A model generated the notes under the pieces. It saw only the letters and a list, made by a program, of their open reading frames with translations. It made no database searches and was not told where the DNA came from. From Lama guanicoe (Eukaryota), in NCBI GenBank assembly GCA_013239625.1, contig MU053216.1, positions 2,942,943 to 2,986,221 of the forward strand: a stretch of DNA of 43,279 nt, in the 5' to 3' direction. How positions within the stretch are numbered: the first letter of the stretch is position 1; every line of letters starts with the position of its first letter. The translations under genes and the position numbers were made by a program. Of the stretch, positions 1 through 12,850 are shown piece after piece.

Positions 1-39
1 CTCCTCAGAGGAAGACAGAATATTAAGTAGAGAGAACAT

Positions 40-250
40 TAAAAGCCAGAGTAGGTGTCAAATCCTGGTCCTACCTTGACATTTTAGGAGCCCGATAACT
101 AGGACAACTCACCTGACTTCCCTGCATCTCAGTTTCTTCATCCCTAAAATGGGCACAGTTGCACTTCCCCCACCGACCTCATGGTGTCCTCGCGAGAGCC
201 AAGTGAGGCCACACACGCGAAAGCGCTCAGCAGAGTGTCCAGGGCTACGT
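40..250 (+). mobile_element. MIR SINE fragment
   Basis: Core motifs tcaaatcctgg and ctcagtttcttcatccctaaaatggg. Confidence 0.7.
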
Positions 251-2354
251 GTGTATTCTTGTCGGGTCAAAGGCCGCATCACGTTATTAACATCACCCGA
301 GCGTGCGTCCCGCCCTGCTCTGCGGTGGGGGCCGCTGCGGTTGCCAGTGGCATCATGCAATGTATGGAGTGTAAGTCGATTAATTTCTATCACAAAATGT
401 ACTGTGGAGGGTTATTGACTTTCCAGAACCTGTAACGTCTAGGCGTATCTAAAATACGTCCAATAAAAGAGCCTTTTCTGTCATGCATGTGCCTTTGATG
501 AGAGCTTTTCCTAGAAGACCCAGGGTGGAGTCTCACCCTAAGTCTACTGTGTTGACACTAAAATCTAACTCTGAGTGACTTGGTCCCCCCATTACCCTGT
601 TCCATCCTCACAAAACCAGGCACATCTAATGGCATATGCTATGGTTACAGATTGACAATAAAACAGAGGTCAGCAAACATTCCAGGCACTCAGGGCTGTT
701 TCCCAGTTTGTCCAACTCAGCCCATTCACCACTGGGCATCTGACAGTTGTCCAAAAGCCAGAAAACCTGGGATACCCACATACTCTTTCCTTTTGTTGTT
801 TTCTTTCGGTTTATGTCAGTGGTTTTCAAACTTTGGGACTCATGGAATTACTATACACAGTTTTTTTTTCTTTTTGATAAGCCAATTCAATTAAGCCAAA
901 CTTTACAGGTTTTCAATTGTATCTCAACATGGCAAATCATGGACTTCAGGACTTAAAATGGCTTTTTAAGCTGCAAATCGACCCCAAGACGGCCAGTACG
1001 GCTGCCTACTGCTGACACTGCAGCCTCCTTCACTCGGGCACCCCAGCAACCAGCAGCCACCGTGTATCTGAGCTGTCTGTGTGCCACCATCACGGCAGGC
1101 GTCTTTAGCTGAGCATCTCTGATTCTCACAAAAACAGGAAAAGACGGATATAACAACAGCCATTTACAGAAGAAAAGCCAGAAAGCAGCCCTTTGGAGGT
1201 CACCTGGCTGAAAAACAGTATAAAAACCAAACCCAACCGACACGGATCCAGCGTGCGGCTCCTTCCACCAGGATGTCCCACAGTGATGGCCTGAGAGGGG
1301 ACTGCCCGGTTCAGGAGTCCACTAGACAGGGTCACCGCCACAGCCAAGGCCGTGTGGAGGAAGGCCACTTCCATGCTGTTTTTGGTACGATCTCTGCTTT
1401 GTCCACAGCCCACGATGGCAGCGGCGCTCTCGGGCGCTGCCTCCACCACGGGCAGGTCTCACGTTTGGTCCAGCGTCACCTCGTGCTTTACCTGTGACGC
1501 AGGCGCTGTTTCATCCACGGCGTCTCATGGCGAGGCCACACAGCATGCCCAGGATGACCAGCCTCACCGGGGGCAGAGACTTGGCCCAGTCTCTTGGTCT
1601 TCGGGCGCATTACTCTACACCCGAACAAGCCAGGGTCGAGCCGCTAGGGGTTCAGCCTTCAGGGCAAAGGTGGCTGAAATACAAATGCCTCAGGACCCTC
1701 CAGTGTCTCTTGTCCAAGGGTAGTGACGTTGGGCTGCAGATTTGTTGAAAGGGATTCTGAGACAAAACGCATGATGCACATCCTTGAGTGAAGGATTCCA
1801 ATAAAAATCTGCCCTTTCAGTTGGGACGCGTTCTGAACACTGAGGACCAGAAAATGTCTTTAATGAAAGTGTCTTGCTTTCCTCCAGGCCCTCCCTGGAT
1901 TCCCGTTTAAGACCTTTCATGTTGTCTCTGAACGGTCTATCTGATAATGAGAATTCTTGCCTGATAACAGAGTTGAGCCACGTACTGTCGCTAATTCAAA
2001 CCATCACATTTCGTAATTGGAAATCTATAGAGGATTTCACAGCAAAATGAGGCCAAAAGACAAGCCTTTTCACTATGTTATAATAAGTCACAAAACAAAG
2101 CATTTTTTTTTCCAGGTCACCATTGCATGAGCAATTCCTTTTAGCCAAAGAAGTTGTCTTGAGAACAAAACTTTATCTTGAAATAATAAATTTGATTTAA
2201 AAAAAAATAAGACAGGGCCTGGCAGAGTGAAGGAAGTGAGTTCTCTCTCGGTGGGCAGACAGAAAACTCCGAAGGCTGCGAGCAGTGAGGCTGGCGAGGT
2301 CAGGGGACTAAATACAAGGTGTGGGATACTTGTCATTTAATTTTTTAACTTTAA

Positions 2355-2548
2355 AAAGCTAGCACTCACTTGTGCCAGACACTCTTCTGAGTGCTTTGTA
2401 AATGTCAGCTCATTTACTCTTCGCAACAGCCCTGTAAGGCCATGCTGCTGTGCTGGGTTTTTTCTCTCATTTCACAGCTGAAGAAAGCGGGGCCCAGCTG
2501 AGCCGGGACACAGACTCAGCTGCCTGCTCCCGAGCCCCTGCTCTTAAT
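2355..2548 (-). mobile_element. MIR SINE fragment
   Basis: tgtgccagacact...ctcatttactcttcgcaacagccctgtaagg...ctcatttcacagctgaagaaa. Confidence 0.65.
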
Positions 2549-5500
2549 TCGTTCTATGTTGTTTTATTCGTGACAGTGCATAATCCCAACTAGAAAGTGA
2601 GAGCGTGGAAACAGACATATTCACGTAATGACTTGATGAGCAACTGTGGACTATATGTAGCCCAGATTAAATCTAACTGAATGTCCTCCCAGAGGATAAA
2701 TTATTCAGGACCAGGAGTGACGGGACGAAGCCCCAGAAGCTCCAGAGACACCCACGCGACCTCTGCGGTAGCGCAGGGGCGTTTGGGGCTGTATCTTCCA
2801 TCCCTCTGAATCAAGACCCAGACCCTTCAGTGCCGGCAGCTGGCAGAGCAGGGAGTGGAGACGACCACACAACAGTCTCAGGACGGTGTCGCTCGACTAG
2901 AACCGTCCAGATTTTCCACAGACTCCACCCCGAGAAGTGACACCCGCTTCACTGAGGATGGGGAAGCCATTCCACCCCACTAAAGAAACACGAAGACCTG
3001 AAGCGACAGCACTGTACGTCGCCCATAGGAAGCGGAGTTATTTGTCGTGCTTCATCTGGAAGAAGGTCCAATGTCATATACACACAGAGTGAGAAACGCC
3101 CTCCGACAGGTCAGTGCCGAGTCCTGTGAAGTCAGAGGTGAAACAAGGACGTGTCAGGTCCAAGAGGATCTAGGAAGCTTCATTCTTTCAAGATGACATT
3201 GGAAATGGGCTTTGAATGATTTATTTTCCAGGCAAATGAAAGCAAGATATTCCAGGCAGAAGGAAGAGTCAATAAAGGCACAAAGGAATGATTCTGGGGG
3301 GAAAGAGACCATGAGTAGTAGGTGAACGAGCTGGAGGGAGAAGAGGGTCCGAGGAGGAGGGACAGGAGCCAGGAGGACTGTGTTCCTGCCCAGCGACAGA
3401 AAAAAGGGAAGATGAACGTAGGTGGCAGATACGTGCTTCACACATCACTGCTCAGCTGTAATGAGCAAGCGATGTGAATGGTGATACTGCTCCCTGGAGA
3501 AGCACCCACACCAAGTCTTCAAGCTTTGCCTAAAAATGGCAGCTTACAGTTTTGAAATACCTAGGAGCTCCAGACTTCCAGGAAACCAGGAATTAAGCTA
3601 CTTTTCACTGTGATTCAGACGCAGGGGCTAAACCAACACGGGCAGAAGGATCGTAAGATCAGCTGAAATCGGCAGAGGAGACGGCAGGATGGACAGTAAG
3701 AGGAAGTCTGAGCAGAAACGAAACTTCAAACAAGAGAAACCAAAAAAAAAAAAAAAACAGGCTGAACACTTGCTACATTTATAATGATAGCTATTCAGAA
3801 CTCTCAATGTCATTTGTTTTCCCAAGTTAAGCACAAGCAAAACGAAAAGGCATGTCACTGTAACGTTCAACATTCAACAGGGAAACATGTCCAAGGGGCG
3901 CAGGTTTTGTTTTTAAGGTTTTGCCGATTTTAGTAACGTTTTTGCATTTTACACTAATAAAAACGAAATATGAACGTATTTTAAAAAGAGAATCAAAGAG
4001 CAAAGACCTAAAAACACCCTATTCTGGTTCTCGCACTTCCTTTTCACAAAGGCCCTGCGAGTGACATGTCTATTTCTCTACCTCGTCTGAAAAATCCCTT
4101 CTACGCTTCAAAATTTTTATAAAAATATGTAACATAAATACTCAGTTTATATTGAAAACAGTGATAAATAAGAATAAAATAACATCATATCATATATGAA
4201 ATAATACAAATAGTAAGTAATTATATCAGTAAATTGTGTTTCTTACATGGTTACCCTTAGAAACCATCAACATTAACATCAAAACCAAAGAACAATTTAT
4301 ACCCCTCAAATTAAAGAAGACTGTATTATTTGTTTTAATCTCTAGGTATAAAAGAAAAAGATAAAATGGAATAGAAGAAACAGTAAAACCAGAGCAAATG
4401 GTCCCAAATGAAAAGAGTAAGAAGTCGGGTTGCTTGAAACAAGCATTTCTGAGGAGGAACCTTCGCTAACTCGGAGACCGGAGTTCAGCCAAGTCTCTGT
4501 TTTGCTATTTGTGTTTTCAATTGTTTGAGCCCCTGGCGTTTTATTTGATCCATATTTTAATAGTGATTTATACAGAGGAAGATGTCAACTGATATTCCTT
4601 GTTTTCTGTTCATCTTTTTCAACAAGAAAAAAGAACCGTGGGAGGAAGGAGGGAGGCAGGCTTGCGCAGGAGGGAGACGGCCGACTGGAGTCCTCCCGCT
4701 GGGGTCCCTGGCCCTGGGCCTGTCACGCAGGTTTTCTGAGCCACCGTGTCCGACATCAGTCATATCACTTCAGTCTCTCTGCTGATGAAACCCGCGTGGC
4801 ACGTGACACCAGCACCCATTTCCAGGGCCGCGCTGGGAATCAGACGGGTTCAGGCAGGGAAGTGTGCCTCATCACTGGGACGTGGTCGGCTCGGCTTTGT
4901 TGGTGTTTTGTTACCGACAGAAAAAGAAATGCTTGTGCATGAAGGGCCCGACAACACAAGATCTGTGAAGACCAGGCTCAAAATCTGGGTTATTGACAGA
5001 CACAAGGTTTCGAGTGCGATGAGCTTGAAAATCTTACATTTTATAAATGAAAAGTTGCATGAGGAGTTAGCTTTGATTTCAAAGGGGACTAACTCAGTTA
5101 CAGTCAGTAACCCACTAGTGTGATAAGAACAGTCCCTTCCACTTATAATAAAGTTCAGGCCCCCCCTCCAGGCCGCCGGCCCCCGCCCCACGCTGCCCCC
5201 TCCGCCGGCCTCACTGTCTCACTAGACCTGCAGTTCAGACCGCGCGCTCCAGTCCGGCGTGCTTTCATGTCCGCAGAAGACCCTGCGCGGTCCTCTCCAG
5301 CCCACGCAAGCGTAGCCCTGTGGTTACTTCTCTTCTCCCAGAGCCCAGGCTGAGATGAGATCTCTCCCTGCTTACAGGCGGGTTTTTCTGTCTCTCCTCC
5401 TCACTGGGAGGGTGGTCCTTCGAGGGTCAGGGGAGGACAGAACTGTTCTGACCCCCTACTCTGAGTTATGCTCAAAGCCCCCTTTCTCCTGTGTGAGTGG

Positions 5501-6709
5501 ACACCCCCTCCGATGTCCCACTGGGCATCTTGTTGGCAGGAAGGATGGCACAATGCCCTATGGGTATTTTTGGTCCAGGAACAGACTCCTCTGTTAATTA
5601 AATGAAGAGAAGGAAAACTTCTGTGATAAAATGAAAAACTATGCGTGAGATCTTAAAGGAAACATGATGACAGTTTTCCGTCATTGACGTGTTCGCTGCA
5701 AGTTACAGGCATTTAGAAAGCGACCCACAATAGAACTGTGTTAGCAACAGCTAGCAATGGTGATCCCTCTGTTCTGACTGGACATCCAGGTTATTTGAAA
5801 GTTGTCATTACTGCTCTCAGAGTTTGCATCCAGGATCCTGACCAGGGTTCGAGAACTGCGCAGAGCGAAATTCAGCCGGGGCGGGGCTCTGTGTGGCTCG
5901 CACAGCTCGCCCCAAGGGGGTCACTCATGTGCGTCCCTTGTGGTGGTGGTGGAAAGTGGTCTTTTGTATTTCACGTAACACACATTTTCTGTTTTAAGTA
6001 AATGTCTGCAAGTATAATGCCCTCTAAGTTGGCTTAAAACACATGCACATTAGTAGTATATTATTCTGGCAGATTTGAATTTAAAAAACGCAGCAGCCAG
6101 GAAAGGAGTCTTAGGGTTAGGCAGGGAGGCGCTTACTGTGGACTCAGGAAGCCTTCGCTGGTGACAATGTGATCACGCAACCTGTTCGAACTCTCACAGA
6201 GTCACCCCGTCTCTTCAGACTTTTAGGAGACGGTGTATTTATTAACGCCAGTCTGAGGAATCAGCCTTCTTACCCAGATCCTCCCCAGTGATCTCCCTGC
6301 AGGATTATCCCTTTTCTGTGTCTCAAGATCCAGTTCCCTGAACTGGCCTCATCCAGGGGGATGCACTCAGGAGAAAGTCAGTAGACATTGCTGGTATCAG
6401 ATTAAAGCAAGTTGCTTGTAACGACCTCCACTGAACGTTCACAGAAGTCGCTGGCGGTCCCCACTCGGTAAAAAGTCCGCCGACGCCGATGCCAGGCCCC
6501 GCCAGAGGCTGGCGAGCCAGTCGCCGGTTTGACTTCACACTTCTGCTCTGACAGGTGAAATGCACGTTTACGAAGAGCTGTGTTTGTTCACAGACCTGTT
6601 TATTCCGGATGTACCAAGGATGGTAATTATGCAATAACAGTTCAGTTTTATAAACTAATTAAATATGAACACAAAGAGAAGGAAAGGTGCTCCTGTGAAA
6701 AAGGGCTTT

Positions 6710-6729
6710 TGTGTGTGTGTGTGTGTGTG
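6710..6729. repeat. (TG)10 microsatellite
   Basis: Direct reading. Confidence 0.9.
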
Positions 6730-7649
6730 GAAAGATCTGTGCACGTGATGAAGCCGGAGCACGGCATTGTGATGCAGGTATCACAGCAAGATCTCTTTAA
6801 ACTGTTAGGGGAGAATTATCATTAACCCCTTACGGACTTAACGCGCAGAACGCTTCCCATTACTCTCTAACTTTGTGCACCTATTTAAAGAAATTGCACC
6901 TGGTATGTAATGATGCGGCAACAGAGGTGCAGCTGGTGGAAGTCATCGTAAGTGACGGTCCTGTCTGCCAATTATGTCAGAGAAAAAAGCCTCGGCCGTA
7001 TGTCAAAAGACTAGCTTTTCACTTCAAACAAAACTTTCAATTCATGTAAGCGATATTTTGTATCTCTCCACTGTCCCCGCCGTTTTGATTTGTCAGTCAC
7101 TAGCGGGTTGAATCCACTCGAATAAGGTGGATTTTACTGGACTCTCTTACTAGGACGTTCCCCCAGGGCAAGCCCAGAGTAACACAACACGCATGTTTAG
7201 ATGATTTTAAGCGAACCTCAAAACCTACAGTCCCATTTCCTCTAATGCTGATTTAATCAGCACGCGGCAGGCTTCCTGGAACCCTAGTGCGCAGCATTGC
7301 TACAGCGCCTTGCGACACCCCGAGAAGCCTCTTCATTCCTGTCACCCGAGGCCTGGGGAAGGAGAACAGTAAACGCCTTGCCTACCTTCTGTGCACAAAG
7401 CCAGGAGATCTCCTTCCTCGCAAAAGGCTGATACACTTGTCCCAAGCAGATAATTGACTCATTGGAAACTAAAGAAAAAGACCTCAAACTAGAACCACAA
7501 GGACAAAGAACACAGAAAGGTCTTGTAACTTGAAAGAAAAAGTCAGCAAAAACGTCAAGGTTCTTTGGAAGAAGAGAGAAGTTAACCTCCCCGCAGAGAT
7601 CTTACTCCTTTCTTTGTAAGCAGACTCAACACCCCCTGAAACTCTCTTG

Positions 7650-7886
7650 ATTGCATATAAAAGACCTGAAGCTGGCAGAAGTGAGCTCTCAGCTTCCTTG
7701 ACTTGACTTGTTCTTCTGGATTCCACCCTTGGGCTCTCCTTGGAGCCCCGCTCCCCCACCCAATCAGGCCGCTTGGGAGCCAACAGCTGTGCTGAGTGCT
7801 CACTGCTGACACAACAGTGTGAGCTCTGTGGTGATTTCCATCCCTTCCCAGATTCTCAGAAGCCACCTGACTTGGAGCTGGCCACC
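7650..7886 (+). promoter_or_regulatory. Proximal promoter / 5' UTR of ATP6V1G3
   Basis: TATAAAA at 7656-7662, CCAAT at 7760-7764 and Kozak GCCACC at 7881-7886 upstream of exon 1. The TSS cannot be determined from sequence. Confidence 0.5.
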
Positions 7887-7968
7887 ACGGCCAGCCAGTC
7901 CCAGGGGATCCACCAGCTCCTCCAGGCAGAGAAAAGGACCAAGGACAAGCTCGAGGAAGCCAAAAGGA
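7887..7968 (+). CDS. ATP6V1G3: ATP6V1G3 coding exon 1 (start codon reads ACG)
   Basis: GCCACC-ACG-GCC AGC CAG TCC CAG GGG ATC CAC CAG...; 27 codons + 1 nt, then donor GTAAGC at 7969. Confidence 0.93.
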
Positions 7969-8699
7969 GTAAGCCCCCTCCTGTCTGCCCTGTGAGGGAC
8001 TGGTCACAAAACGGATGAGGGGCGTGCAGGAGGAGGAGCGCGGACCTCTCGAACAGGTTACTCCCTGGTTCCGCCACGCTCTCGGGGAGACCGTGGCCAG
8101 CTCACTAAAGCTTCCCAGTTGCATGTCTCCCATCACTAGAGTGGGGATGAATTTCCCCAGCCCAGATCTTTTGGCCACATCGCACTCCGTGGGAAATGAT
8201 GATGGACGCTGAAGTTGCAGAGACTCGGGCTTGAGCTTTGCCTCCAACTTCCCTAAAGCCGCCACGCCTCGGTGTCTCAATGTTGCAGAATGGTTAAGAA
8301 AGGACAGGCCACTTCCAGACCGAAGTGACGGACTAGTGAGCGAGCTTGGGCAAGTGTCTTAGCCTCTGTAGGCATCGGTTTCTGTTCTGCACATTGTGAC
8401 AAAGTTACATTTGTTCTCCCTTTCTTGATGGTTTTTAATGTCCAACCTTTAAAAATATTTCCATTTTATTCTCACTTTCTGATTTCTTGTTATTTGGTCA
8501 TTCATCTACGTGCTTACCCAGAGAATGTTTCTTTGACATTCACAGCAACCACACGGATTAGGCATAATAACTATATTTCCATTTCACTTATGCAGAAATT
8601 GAGAGTCTATAGTTTGCCGACAGCCATATTTTAAAAAGCAGAAAATAGGGTGCCAGGCCCATGCTCATCTTGTTTACTTACTTACTCCTTATCTTATTT

Positions 8700-8835
8700 A
8701 CTCTTCACACCAACCCTCTTTGCAAAAAGGGGAAAGTGAGCTTAGAGAAATGATGCAACTTGCTCAAGATCACACAGAGGTTAATGGTAGAGACAGGGTT
8801 TGGTGGGGTCTGATCCCCCAGCCACAATCTAAACA
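8700..8835 (-). mobile_element. MIR SINE fragment
   Basis: ggggaaagtgagcttagaga...aacttgctcaagatcacacag. Confidence 0.6.
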
Positions 8836-9687
8836 ATGGCACTGTACAAAATGTACGTGATTTTCGTAACGAATAAACGAATGTCACAGATCTACACCCC
8901 AAATTCTGGTCCCTGGGGGCCAAGATCTCTGTTTCCCCCACTGTCCCATTTCACTCACATCCTTACTTAATCTCCAACATGGTGTGTCATTTACCTTCCT
9001 AATTACATGTCCTGTCTCTGCAATTAGATTCCAAGCCCTGCCAGACAGGGATCACGTCTTAAAACGTTGCTTGTGTAAGACCTTGGCTGCGTGAAGAGAT
9101 CAGAACAGAGTCGGTATTGACAGAAGCTTGTTTCAATGCATTGAATGTAACGTGGGCACAGGACGTGATAGTGTAAGAAAGGAAGGCAAGGCAGGCACTC
9201 ACTACTCAGTCCCCTGGGGTTTTCAATCACATATAAAGTCATTTTCCTTTCTTAAGATCAGTTGATTTCCTGAACACTCAGCAATGTGGGCACCAAAGCA
9301 CAAAAGAAAAAGAGTCCACGTGGAGGTGCTGGAAGGGAAAGGGAAGGCTCAAGCTAACGAAGGCAAACTTGACCAACTTCTCCATTTTTTTTTTCGCTAC
9401 AACAAACCATGCAAATGATGGCCAAATGGGATGAACACAGAGTAACTGTTGAGAAAACAAAGCAGCCCAGGACCTGCTGGTTGAAACAGTGTAGAAAACT
9501 CCCTTATCTTTTATTCAAATTTCTTTTCTATATTTAAAATGTCCAGAACAGAAGATCAGTTTATTTTAAGATGTGGTCATTATGTTACCATTCCTTCCTC
9601 AAGATGGAAGAAACAAAATGACAATATTGAGCACATAGTCAATATTGTCATTTGATCCAAATGATACTTACCACCTATCTCTCATTT

Positions 9688-9830
9688 TTCTTTAATTTTT
9701 GAGGGGGAGGGAGGTAATTAGATGTATTTACTTATTTATTTTTTTAATGGAGGGACTGGGGATTGAACCCAGGACCTACTGCATGCTAAGCACCTGCTCT
9801 ACCACTGAGCTATACCCCACCCTTCCCCCT
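9688..9830 (-). mobile_element. tRNA-derived SINE (camelid vic-1-like) with 12-bp target-site duplication
   Basis: Minus strand reads gtatagctcagtggtagag (A box)...gggttcaatcccc (B box) followed by an A-rich tail; TSD tatctctcattt at 9676-9687 and 9831-9842. Confidence 0.9.
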
Positions 9831-10805
9831 TATCTCTCATTTCTCAGTCATTAGAGAGGCACTGGGAATCAGGCAAGTCATTTGGAGGTGGGAACCTCTC
9901 AGAACAATCTAACCTCAGCTTCCACAGGAAAGGTAGAAGACAGGCTATTTTTCCCTCCCCTTGGTCAGTATGCTGTGTTCGGGCAATCTCTCCTCGGAAG
10001 TCAGTACCGGAAGGTCCATACTGTATTATTTGTATACACAATGTTCATTTTGTTGACCAGTCACTTAAAATACTTATGTACTTTTTTTTCTTGGTCTTTG
10101 TTCATAAATCTTTGAACAAATATCAACCAGTAATAGTAAATACCCTGGCCTTAAAAATATTTTGGAAAATATCTTTCCAACTGTTGTTTCAACCAGTGAG
10201 CTCTGCGCTCACTTTCTCAGAGGAAGCCCGTCCTCGGCCTCAGGGAGCACGGGCTCGGGGGCCGTTTTCACCGGATAGACGGGGGCCGTTCCCTGCCCAG
10301 ACGCCACACGCAGGGGCGGCTAGGTGACAGCTCCGGGGCCCGTGCCCGTCACTCGCTTCTTCAGCTCGCCGCGGCCAAGTGCAATGCTGCCTTGTGTACC
10401 TGCTATTTCGTAGCTTTTCTGCTATTTCACTATTTTTTTTAATTTTATTTATGTGTTTAATTCAGTAAGTACTTGTTGGGTGCCAGTGATTTTCAGGCTG
10501 CTCTGGTATATTCACTGATGAGAAGACCTTCCTCAGAAGACTCCCCCACGAGACAGATGTGGAAATGCCATGCGAGGTACAGAGAGCCGTCATCTTTGTA
10601 AACCCATAGATTTACTCGCTTTTTTTCCAAAAAGAGATTCATTTGAAAATCTGACACAGAGGCAGAACAGAGACTCAGAACGGCAACTAACCGATCGCAG
10701 CAGCGACACACTTGCAGGCTTAGCTTCACCATCTCCTTCCTAAATCCGTTTATTTACAAGACTTTCAGAACTTACCCTGCTAGAGCAAGGCTTGTGAGTG
10801 TATTT

Positions 10806-10962
10806 GTAAAATTTAATTAATTAATCAAATTTTTTTTGGCAGGGAGAGGTAATTAGGTTTATTTATTCATTTATTTATTTCTTAATGGCACTACTGGGGA
10901 TGGAACCCAGGACCTGTTGCGCGCTAAGCATGCACTCTGCCGCTGAACTAGACCCTTCCCCC
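10806..10962 (-). mobile_element. tRNA-derived SINE (vic-1-like)
   Basis: Same head (gaacccaggacc...gctaagcatgcactct) and aggtaattaggttt tail motif. Confidence 0.85.
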
Positions 10963-12599
10963 TGTGAAATATATTTTAAAAAGGGAGAAATGGAGGGAGG
11001 GAGAGAAAGACAGAGAGAGAAAAAATAGTAAGTCACATGTTAATCATTTTAGAAAAACACAAGGTTAACATAGTGCTAGTATGTACATATGATGTTGCAA
11101 AACTATGAACATATTCCATTCAGGAGGACAGCCTCAGATCCCAGGGAAGTTACTCCACAGTCCTGTACGTGTGTAAATGCTTTGCCTTTCGGGACACAGA
11201 CAAGGGTGTTAGGGGCTCTCCTGAAGGCTGTTAGAGCCGTGGAAATGCAATCACAGGTCCCTGCTCTCAAGACTCCAGCTGCAGAGAGGTGGGACTGGCA
11301 GGCTGGTTTGCTGTTGGGGGGGCGTGGTACGGAAGTGCGGATATCCAACAGACTCGCAAAGCTGGGCTGTGAGGCAGCAGAGTAGAAAGAGCACCGGCTT
11401 TTTCCTTTTATTTCTTTGTTTAAGTTACTGAGCATCTCTGAGCTTCCATCTTTGCTTTTTTTAAAAAAGAAAACAGAAATATACAGAAGAATAAAATATT
11501 ATATGTAATATTTAATATGTGTGACCAGAATGCTTTAAGGATCAGAAAAATGGTACCTAAGGTGGTAGAGTAAAAACTAATGAGTTAGTCTTCTTTTTAA
11601 TTTATACAGTATGTATACTTGTATGTGACTGTAGGTAAAAGCAACAGAAGACTGGAGTAGGAAACCAGAAACAACAGTCTCGTTTCATCCTTTTTTACAG
11701 CGGCTGCAAGTTCTCGGCCAACTTTTCTGTTTTCTGTTGGGGGTGGGGGGGCTCAACTTTTCTTCCAGTGAGGAGACCAGCGCTGCTTCTAGTAAAATGA
11801 GTGAAAGAACTCAGACGTTCGCCTCTATTCACTGAGCGTGGATTGAATGGTATTTACTAGTTAAGACACTCACCCAAATTTTTATGTGTAAAACTGTTTG
11901 AATTTAGGTGGAATTGCAGTAGGTTGGCATTATTTTTTATTATTTTTGTTTACCTCTTGCTACGGCATTATTTTAATTTATCTCACTTGAAGTTAACACC
12001 TTTTGCTTAAAATTGTGCATCCTTCAAAACATAAAAGTGAGTGTATTGGTCGACGCAAGTTACACTTTCACAACAGAGCATCGGACCTGCCCTGGAGCTC
12101 CAGCTTTGGGGAAATTACCTGCATCTTTGATCAGAATTAGAATAGGAAGTCAGGGCCCCCTCATCCATGTCTTCTCTGAAACACGTGATTTTTTTTTTTT
12201 TACTTTAAGTTACACCTTTTAAGAGCACAGTGTCTATTTCATTTACACCCACTGCAAACCTGGGAGGCTCTACCGTTCGGCCCTAATGCTGTCATTTGAA
12301 CTGTTCCACGTCACATAAAGAATCCATATTCCTGACATATTTCCAAACGTGCACCGTGGCCTCCCCCACAAATTAACACTCCACCTGTCTACTCTGGCAG
12401 CTGCGGTAAATAACGTTTGTGTTTAACCCAAAATTACAATTTGCATTATGGGATACAGATCAAAAGATGCGGTAAACATAAATGTTCAAATCTGGGCATG
12501 AGAAACACTGAACAAGCAGGTATAAGAAAGAGGTTCTGAAAGCTCTGGGCAGTCTTAATAAAAGCGAGGGTCGCGACCCTGGGGTGTCTGACCCAGACA

Positions 12600-12850
12600 G
12601 CGCAGACCCCCCTCGCCCCCAGGAGCAAGCGGCGGCTCCGGCTACAAGCCCAGCTCTCGCCTCCGACTGGCCGGGCGACGTGGGGCCGGCTATCCCTGAG
12701 CCCCCTGGTCTTTCCCCTCCTGAGCCTCACGGCGGAGGTGGCCCCGTCACCCTCAGGGAGTCGTCCTCACGGTTAGCTGAGCTAACGCTTATCAAGGACT
12801 TAAAACACGCCTTGGTCCCCAGCAGGGGCTGCACCCGTGTCAGCTGGGAA
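12600..12850 (+). mobile_element. MIR SINE, strongly GC-shifted
   Basis: ctgagcctca...gttagctgagctaacgcttatcaaggacttaaaacacgcct follows the MIR 3' half. Confidence 0.55.

Noticed and set aside
860..1690. GC-rich stretch with overlapping ORFs, ending on the minus strand in an A-run (861-875) like a processed pseudogene
   Set aside because: No frame I read resembles a protein I recognise, and I found no TSD or canonical poly(A) signal. A blastn/blastx search would settle it.
7582..8280. 232-aa antisense ORF over exon 1
   Set aside because: Non-ATG start, low-complexity composition and no recognisable homology; expected by chance in GC-rich DNA.
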